Positions 58,815-64,000 of a stretch of 64,000 nt of DNA are shown here, one piece after another. Origin of the DNA: Clostridia bacterium (GTDB lineage Bacteria > Bacillota > Clostridia > Oscillospirales > CAG-272); the NCBI GenBank assembly GCA_017503865.1, contig JAFVSI010000023.1, positions 7,369-71,368 on the forward strand. Direction: 5' to 3'. The notes under the pieces were generated by a model that saw only the letters and a list, made by a program, of their open reading frames with translations, was not told where the DNA came from and made no database searches. How positions within the stretch are numbered: position 1 is the first letter of the stretch; each line of letters begins with the position of its first letter. The position numbers were made by a program, and so were the translations under genes.

Positions 58815-59273
58815 ATGAAAATTTTAAAAACGATACAGACCTTTTCGGCAGACGAAACCGAAAAAGTAGGCGTCGAGATAGCGAAAATGATGCTTGAGGA
58901 CTCCTCACTGCCTCGATTTGTGGCACTTGAGGGCGACCTCGGAGTCGGAAAAACGGTGTTTGTGCGGGGCTTTACCTCGGTGGTAGCCCCCACCTCCGCC
59001 GTTCGTTCTCCCACTTTTGCTCTTGTAAATGAGTATAGAAATAAAGAGAATAAGAGGACTGTCTATCATTTTGACGTTTATAGAATAAAAGACGAGGACG
59101 ACCTCTATTCAATAGGCTTCTACGACTATCTTGACAAGGGATTTTGTCTTGTCGAGTGGAGTGAGAATATACGTTACGCTTTCCCAAAGAGCTATCTTAC
59201 TGTAAGGATAGAAAAGGATAACGCCGATAATACCGAAAGCAGACTTATAACTGTTTTTTCGTGTGAGGCGTGA
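58815..59273 (+). CDS. tsaE: tRNA t6A37 biosynthesis ATPase TsaE
   Basis: P-loop LEGDLGVGKT, RSPTFALVNEY and HFDVYR. Confidence 0.9.
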   Translation: MKILKTIQTFSADETEKVGVEIAKMMLEDSSLPRFVALEGDLGVGKTVFVRGFTSVVAPTSAVRSPTFALVNEYRNKENKRTVYHFDVYRIKDEDDLYSIGFYDYLDKGFCLVEWSENIRYAFPKSYLTVRIEKDNADNTESRLITVFSCEA

Positions 59274-59301
59274 CAACGCGATAAACTGAGGACAACAAAA
59301 A

Positions 59302-60000
59302 ATGAAAATACTTGCTTTTGACAGCACAGCGGTAACGGCAAGCGTTGCCGTAGCTGAAGACGAGCGTCTTCTTGCCGAGATAACGCTCAATAACGGAAAT
59401 ACGCATAGCGAGACCTTGCTTCCTATGGCAGAGTCTCTTTTCCGTATGCTCTCGATTACTGCCGAGGATATAGACCTCTTTGCTACGTCGAGCGGCCCGG
59501 GCTCCTTTACGGGAGTAAGAATAGGTGCGGCAACCCTTAAGGGTATGGCATTTGGCAGAGGTAAGCCTTGCGTGGGCATTTCTACGCTTGAGGCACTTGC
59601 CTATAATCTTCGCACACACAAGGGCATAATCTGCCCCGTTATGAATGCGAGACGCTCGCAGGTCTATACGGCAATTTTTGAGAGTGACGGAGAAAGGGTA
59701 ACCCGTCTTTCAGAGGATATGGCAATTGCCGCAGAGGAGCTTGACGAGAGACTTTCGCCGTACACCTTGCCCGTGTATCTCGTCGGTGACGGAATTGAGG
59801 TAGCTCTCGAATGCTTTAAGAAAACAAAGGCAATAGCCGCAAGTGAAAACGAACGCTATCAGTCGGGATATTCGGTCTCGCAGGTAGCCCTCGCCCTCTA
59901 TAAAGAGGGTAAATATACGAGTGACGCAGAGGTAACGGCTACTTATTTGCGTCTCTCTCAGGCCGAAAGAGAAAGGCTTGAACACGAAAATAAACAGTAA
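59302..60000 (+). CDS. tsaB: tRNA t6A37 biosynthesis protein TsaB
   Basis: MKILAFDSTA and SGPGSFTGVRIG, downstream of tsaE. Confidence 0.9.
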   Translation: MKILAFDSTAVTASVAVAEDERLLAEITLNNGNTHSETLLPMAESLFRMLSITAEDIDLFATSSGPGSFTGVRIGAATLKGMAFGRGKPCVGISTLEALAYNLRTHKGIICPVMNARRSQVYTAIFESDGERVTRLSEDMAIAAEELDERLSPYTLPVYLVGDGIEVALECFKKTKAIAASENERYQSGYSVSQVALALYKEGKYTSDAEVTATYLRLSQAERERLEHENKQ

Positions 60001-60020
60001 AAGAATAAAGGTAGAACAAT

Positions 60021-60470
60021 ATGAAAAAAATAGCAGTAGGCTGTGACCACGCAGGCTTTGCAATAAAAGGTGCGGTCATTGAGCATATAAAGGGAAAAGG
60101 ATACGATGTTGTTGACGTGGGAACGTACAGCGAGGAAAGCTGTCACTATCCCATCTATGCTGAGGCGGTTTGTGAGAAGATACTCGACGGTGAGTGCGAG
60201 CGAGGTGTCCTTATATGCGGAACGGGAATAGGAATGTCCATAGCGGCAAATAAGCATAAGGGAATAAGAGCTGCTTGCTGTTCAGACACATTTTCGGCAA
60301 GACTTACCCGCGAACATAACGACGCAAACGTGCTTTGCTTTGGGGAGCGAGTAGTAGGAGTCGGTCTTGCTATCGACCTTGTCGACGCCTTTCTTGACGC
60401 GGAGTATCTTAACAATGGAAATCACGTTACCCGTGTGGCAATGCTCAAGGATATAGAAAATAAGAACTAA
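60021..60470 (+). CDS. rpiB: ribose-5-phosphate isomerase B
   Basis: 149 aa. MKKIAVGCDHAGF and GVLICGTGIGMSIAANK. Confidence 0.92.
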   Translation: MKKIAVGCDHAGFAIKGAVIEHIKGKGYDVVDVGTYSEESCHYPIYAEAVCEKILDGECERGVLICGTGIGMSIAANKHKGIRAACCSDTFSARLTREHNDANVLCFGERVVGVGLAIDLVDAFLDAEYLNNGNHVTRVAMLKDIENKN

Positions 60471-60484
60471 AACGGAGAACGCTT

Positions 60485-61261
60485 ATGTGTTTTAAAAAGA
60501 TAGCGGGAGTGCTAAGAGCAATATCGGGCTCACCTCATCCGAAGAACTTTACATCAGCCATAATTGCGGCAGGCGGAAGCTCTGTTCGATTCGAGGCGGC
60601 ACTAACAAAGCAGATGACTCCCGTTTGCGGTATTCCGCTTATAGTACACACTCTCCTTGCCTTCGAGAATACCGAATGTATTCATGAGATAATCGTTTGT
60701 GCAAAGCGAAGCGAGATAGATTACTATGAGGAGCTTGTGAAAAAGCACGGACTAAAGAAGGTAAGTGCGATAGTTGCGGGGGGAAACACCCGACAGGAGT
60801 CGGTCTTAAACGGACTTAAGGCTGTTAGCGATAAATCAAAATACGTGGCAGTTTCCGACGGAGCAAGATGCCTCGTAACACCCGAGCAGATAACTTCGGT
60901 TTGCCTTGCGGCATACAAATACGGAGCGGCAACGGCGGCTCACAAGTCGACCGACACCGTAAAAATAGCCGACAGTAAGGGATTTATTGACACAACTATA
61001 GACAGAAATACCGTGTGGCTCGCACAAACGCCTCAGGTATTCAAGACCAAGCTATACAGAGCGGCGGCGTATACCGCCCTCAAAAAGCAGTACGAGGTCA
61101 CCGACGACAATATGCTCGTCGAGTACGTAAAGCACCCCATTCGCCTCGTTGAGTGCGGAACGGAGAATATCAAGATAACAACGGTTGACGATATGATTAT
61201 GGCGACAACAGTGCTTGAAAACAGAATGAAGGTAAACAAGAATAAAGGAGAAGAGGCGTGA
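60485..61261 (+). CDS. ispD: 2-C-methyl-D-erythritol 4-phosphate cytidylyltransferase
   Basis: [22 protein letters not shown] and AQTPQVF. It has a ~25-aa N-terminal extension if ATG 60485 is the start. Confidence 0.88.
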   Translation: MCFKKIAGVLRAISGSPHPKNFTSAIIAAGGSSVRFEAALTKQMTPVCGIPLIVHTLLAFENTECIHEIIVCAKRSEIDYYEELVKKHGLKKVSAIVAGGNTRQESVLNGLKAVSDKSKYVAVSDGARCLVTPEQITSVCLAAYKYGAATAAHKSTDTVKIADSKGFIDTTIDRNTVWLAQTPQVFKTKLYRAAAYTALKKQYEVTDDNMLVEYVKHPIRLVECGTENIKITTVDDMIMATTVLENRMKVNKNKGEEA

Positions 61262-61731
61262 GAATAGGTCACGGATACGACGTTCACAGGCTCGTTCGAG
61301 GACGAAGACTTGTCCTTGGCGGTGTTGAAATTTCATACGAAAAGGGTTTGCTCGGTCATTCCGACGCAGACGTGCTTCTTCACGCAATTGCTGACTCCTT
61401 GCTCGGTGCATCGGCACTTGGCGACATAGGAAAGCACTTTCCCGACAGTGACGAAAAATACAAGGACGCAAACAGCCTTGTCCTTCTTTCCGAGGTGGCA
61501 AAAATTCTTCGCGAAAACGGATTTTCCGTTACAAACGTTGACTCGACCGTCATCGCACAGAGACCGAAATTAGCTCCTTTTATCGATGAAATGAGACAAA
61601 ATATCGCATCTGCTCTTGGAGTTGACGTAAGCTGTGTCAGCGTAAAGGCAACCACCGAGGAGCATCTCGGATTTACGGGAGCGGGAGAGGGAATCGCGGC
61701 TCACGCAGTTTCTTTAATCGACAGTATTTGA
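61258..61731 (+). CDS. ispF: 2-C-methyl-D-erythritol 2,4-cyclodiphosphate synthase
   Basis: [24 protein letters not shown] and [11 protein letters not shown]. Its start overlaps the ispD stop. Confidence 0.95.
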   Translation: MRIGHGYDVHRLVRGRRLVLGGVEISYEKGLLGHSDADVLLHAIADSLLGASALGDIGKHFPDSDEKYKDANSLVLLSEVAKILRENGFSVTNVDSTVIAQRPKLAPFIDEMRQNIASALGVDVSCVSVKATTEEHLGFTGAGEGIAAHAVSLIDSI

Positions 61732-61749
61732 TATTTTTTGCAAAGGCTT

Positions 61750-61896
61750 TTAACAGAAAACGGCAGGCGGTTTTCCCGCTGACGAAGCAATTTTTCTTCA
61801 TCTCTGCCGCTTTCTGCACAGTAGCACCCCTTGAGTCTAAGCTCTACACGACCATTTTCTTTAACGTCAGGACTCACCGAATGCTACTTGTATTCA
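61750..61896 (-). ncRNA. candidate small RNA of unknown class (tentative)
   Basis: Minus-strand TTGTCA (61927-32 rc), 18 nt, TATTAT (61903-08 rc). The hairpin GAAAACCGCC/GGCGGTTTTC-type palindrome at 61756-61775 is followed on the minus strand by TTTTCTGTT. No convincing CDS lies in the 247-nt ispF-rpe gap. Confidence 0.2.
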
Positions 61897-61978
61897 CAAT
61901 ACATAATATGACGCAAACGGCGTTTGTGACAACGCCGAAAATAATAATTTTATTAAAACAAAGAACGGAGACAAAAAG

Positions 61979-62650
61979 ATGTTTATAGTTTCACCCTCAG
62001 TCCTCGCTGCCGATTTTGCTAAACTCGGTGACGAGCTCAAAAAGATTGAAAAAGCAGGTGCGGAATATGCTCACCTTGACGTTATGGACGGAATTTTCGT
62101 GCCCAACATAAGCTTTGGTGCACCTATGATATCGTCAATAAGAAAGGCAAGCAGCCTCATTTTTGACGTACACCTTATGATAACCGAGCCCCAGCGTTAC
62201 GTTGACGACTTTATCAAGGCGGGTGCCGACATTCTTACAATCCACTACGAGAGCTGTGAAAATCCTCTCGAGGTCGTAAGATACATAAAGTCAAAGGAGT
62301 GCAAGGTTGGTCTTTCAATCAAACCCGCAACTCCCGCAGAGGCAATTTACGATATGCTCCCCGAGCTTGATATGCTCCTCGTTATGACCGTTGAGCCCGG
62401 CTTTGGCGGACAAAAGATGATGCCCGATATGCTCGAGAAGGTTCGCAAGATAAGAAAGTATGCGAACGAAAAGGGAATTAAGATAGACATTGAGGTTGAC
62501 GGCGGACTTACCGCTGACAACGTAGGACTTGCTACTGCCGCAGGAGCGAACGTAATAGTTGCAGGTTCTGCGGTTTACAACGCAAAGAGTCCCAAGGAAG
62601 TTATTAAGAAAATGAAGGAAGCGGCTCTCTCAAATCCTTTTGTTGACTAA
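61979..62650 (+). CDS. rpe: ribulose-phosphate 3-epimerase
   Basis: SPSVLAADFAKLG, HLDVMDGIFVPN and VMTVEPGFGGQ. Confidence 0.95.
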   Translation: MFIVSPSVLAADFAKLGDELKKIEKAGAEYAHLDVMDGIFVPNISFGAPMISSIRKASSLIFDVHLMITEPQRYVDDFIKAGADILTIHYESCENPLEVVRYIKSKECKVGLSIKPATPAEAIYDMLPELDMLLVMTVEPGFGGQKMMPDMLEKVRKIRKYANEKGIKIDIEVDGGLTADNVGLATAAGANVIVAGSAVYNAKSPKEVIKKMKEAALSNPFVD

Positions 62651-62675
62651 TTTTATTTCAAAGGAGAAACGTATT

Positions 62676-63335
62676 ATGCCTGTAAAAATTGGACTTAAGG
62701 AGTTTGAGGCTTGGGGTGGAAAGGCCTCAATGGAAAATGCCGTGAAAAAGTATGAGGAAGAGCCTATAATCAAAGGACAGATAGTCTTTTACGGCCCTTC
62801 AAACTACACAAGATGGGGTGAGAAGTACGGTCACGTGCCGTTGCGTCGGGTACTTCTCGGCAAGAGTGGTGCAGAGTGCTGCCTCAATCGTGGCTTTGGT
62901 TCAAGCTGTGCTGAGCATCAACTCTATTATTATCCGAGACTGATTCGTCCTCTTGAACCGAAAGTTCTCGTTTATTCGAGCTTCGGTAACGGCGAAGATT
63001 TTGGATATACCTCTGAGGAGACTTGGGAGATAGGACAGAGAGTTGTTGAATATGCCCTTGCGGATTTCCCCGATATAAAGATATACCTTGCAGGTGTTCA
63101 AAACAGACGAAATATGACTCCTGAGCGTTATGAGATGGCGAAGGAATACGACGCAAAGCTCATAGAGTACACAAAGACTCATCCGAGCTGTAAGTATCTT
63201 AACTTTATCGACCGCAAGGATATGAACAATGAGGAGCTTTTCGTCGAGGACGGAGTTCACTATAATCAAAAGGGCTACGACCTTTATGCCGACTACTTCA
63301 GAGAGGCACTTAAGGAAGAGCTTGACCGGTTCTAA
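62676..63335 (+). CDS. SGNH/GDSL-like hydrolase-fold protein (uncharacterised)
   Basis: Start ATG 62676 after AAAGGAG. FYGPSNYTRWG near the N-terminus and FVEDGVHYNQKGYDLYADYF (DxxH block V-like) near the C-terminus. Confidence 0.5.
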   Translation: MPVKIGLKEFEAWGGKASMENAVKKYEEEPIIKGQIVFYGPSNYTRWGEKYGHVPLRRVLLGKSGAECCLNRGFGSSCAEHQLYYYPRLIRPLEPKVLVYSSFGNGEDFGYTSEETWEIGQRVVEYALADFPDIKIYLAGVQNRRNMTPERYEMAKEYDAKLIEYTKTHPSCKYLNFIDRKDMNNEELFVEDGVHYNQKGYDLYADYFREALKEELDRF

Positions 63336-63346
63336 AATACATAAAA

Positions 63347-63377
63347 GGCATAACCTGAGCGGTTATGCCTTTTTTTA
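63347..63377. terminator. bidirectional terminator between convergent genes
   Basis: GGCATAACC-tgagc-GGTTATGCC with a flanking A-run and T-run. The T-run overlaps the minus-strand stop codon. Confidence 0.85.
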
Positions 63378-63812
63378 TCTTCTTATTCTTCTTTTTTTGC
63401 TAAGAGTGCTCTTAGCTGTGTATGAGCCGAAGAGGGAGAAAACTATTATGAGCAGTCTTAGTCCCACCGAAAGCAAAAAAGGACGTCCCGACGAGAAAGT
63501 GTCGGGCAGGAAAAGCGAAATGAAAACTCCGTATATAAGAAGCATTCCGCCCGAAAACGCCCCCGAAGCAAGCCACCCTTCCTTCGTCCCTCTCATTGAG
63601 AGAAAGCCGCAAATAAAAGACGATAAATACAAGATCACGGCTGAGACAGGGAATACGATTGCAGTCGCGTCAGGTAAAGAGAGAAGCACCGCACTTGCTA
63701 AAAGAGATAGCACGAGCGAGAGGGCAAGGGAGATAAGCGAGCTTTTTATTGACGAAGCCACCACTGAGGTACTGCCTCTGTGTCTGTTTTGCTTATTTTG
63801 TTTTTTCGGCAT
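63375..63812 (-). CDS. small membrane protein (TIGR04086/YrzE-like)
   Basis: Start ATG 63812 (MPKKQNKQNRHRG) after GAAAGGA, four hydrophobic segments, and a basic C-terminal tail KKRRIRR. Confidence 0.55.
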   Translation of the reverse strand: MPKKQNKQNRHRGSTSVVASSIKSSLISLALSLVLSLLASAVLLSLPDATAIVFPVSAVILYLSSFICGFLSMRGTKEGWLASGAFSGGMLLIYGVFISLFLPDTFSSGRPFLLSVGLRLLIIVFSLFGSYTAKSTLSKKRRIRR

Positions 63813-63885
63813 AATAATTATTTTCCTTTCGGTAAGACCTTCGGTAAAATATATTCCGCCAAAAAGGAAAAAATGCCAAAAACGC

Positions 63886-64000
63886 TCAGTTTGCTTTCGG
63901 GTAAATCTTATATAGGTGTACGATGTTGAGGTCTTCTTCCATATCGAGCCCGTGAGAACCGCACGAGCCGTCAATTTCGTGGCAGCCGTGATCCATCGCA
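63886..64000 (-). CDS. 3' end of an unidentified gene running off the window
   Basis: An open frame on the minus strand reads ...MDHGCHEIDGSCGSHGLDMEEDLNIVHLYKIYPKAN-stop (TGA, rc of 63886-88). Only 38 codons are visible. Confidence 0.3.
   Translation of the reverse strand, partial: AMDHGCHEIDGSCGSHGLDMEEDLNIVHLYKIYPKAN

Noticed and set aside
61728-61988. 86-aa plus-strand ORF filling the ispF-rpe gap
   Set aside because: It has no Shine-Dalgarno sequence. It overlaps the ispF stop and the rpe start, and its composition is atypical (Phe/Thr/Lys-rich with no recognisable motif). It was treated as non-coding, as described in the sRNA finding.

Overview
This is a chromosomal segment from a moderate-GC Firmicutes (Clostridia-type) genome. 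The assignment rests on lipobox lipoproteins, GGAGG-type ribosome-binding sites (RBS), and the syntenies yybS-gdpP-rplI-dnaB, tilS-hpt-ftsH and rimP-nusA-ylxR-ylxQ-infB. All calls come from reading the sequence and the ORF track by eye. Start codons were chosen by RBS and N-terminal logic, and no search or computation was run.

Positions 1-16.7 kb form an accessory-looking block. One long same-strand operon runs from an Sfp-type phosphopantetheinyl transferase (PPTase) through a PHP phosphoesterase into six tandem paralogous lipoproteins with neutral-ceramidase-like motifs. Two large paralogous secreted metallophosphoesterases follow, flanking a low-complexity lipoprotein. The second metallophosphoesterase carries an in-frame TAG between its lipoprotein signal peptide and its mature part.

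The remaining ~47 kb is mostly housekeeping: trpS, serC-serA, miaB, mutS-mutL, tgt, tldD-pmbA, glyQS, ftsH, dnaB, infB, fhs, tsaEB, ispDF and rpe.
- It is interrupted by a small AT-rich type II restriction-modification islet (C5 methyltransferase plus an MspI/HinP1I-like endonuclease).
- Other oddities are a ThyX-fold protein that has lost the RHR signature and a ~45-bp element present three times just 3' of stop codons.
- There is also a cluster of GC-rich hairpins between convergent genes and two structured or unexplained non-coding regions.

By hand count, none of the 54 called CDS ends in TAG. No rRNA, tRNA, CRISPR array, transposase, integrase or prophage genes were recognised.
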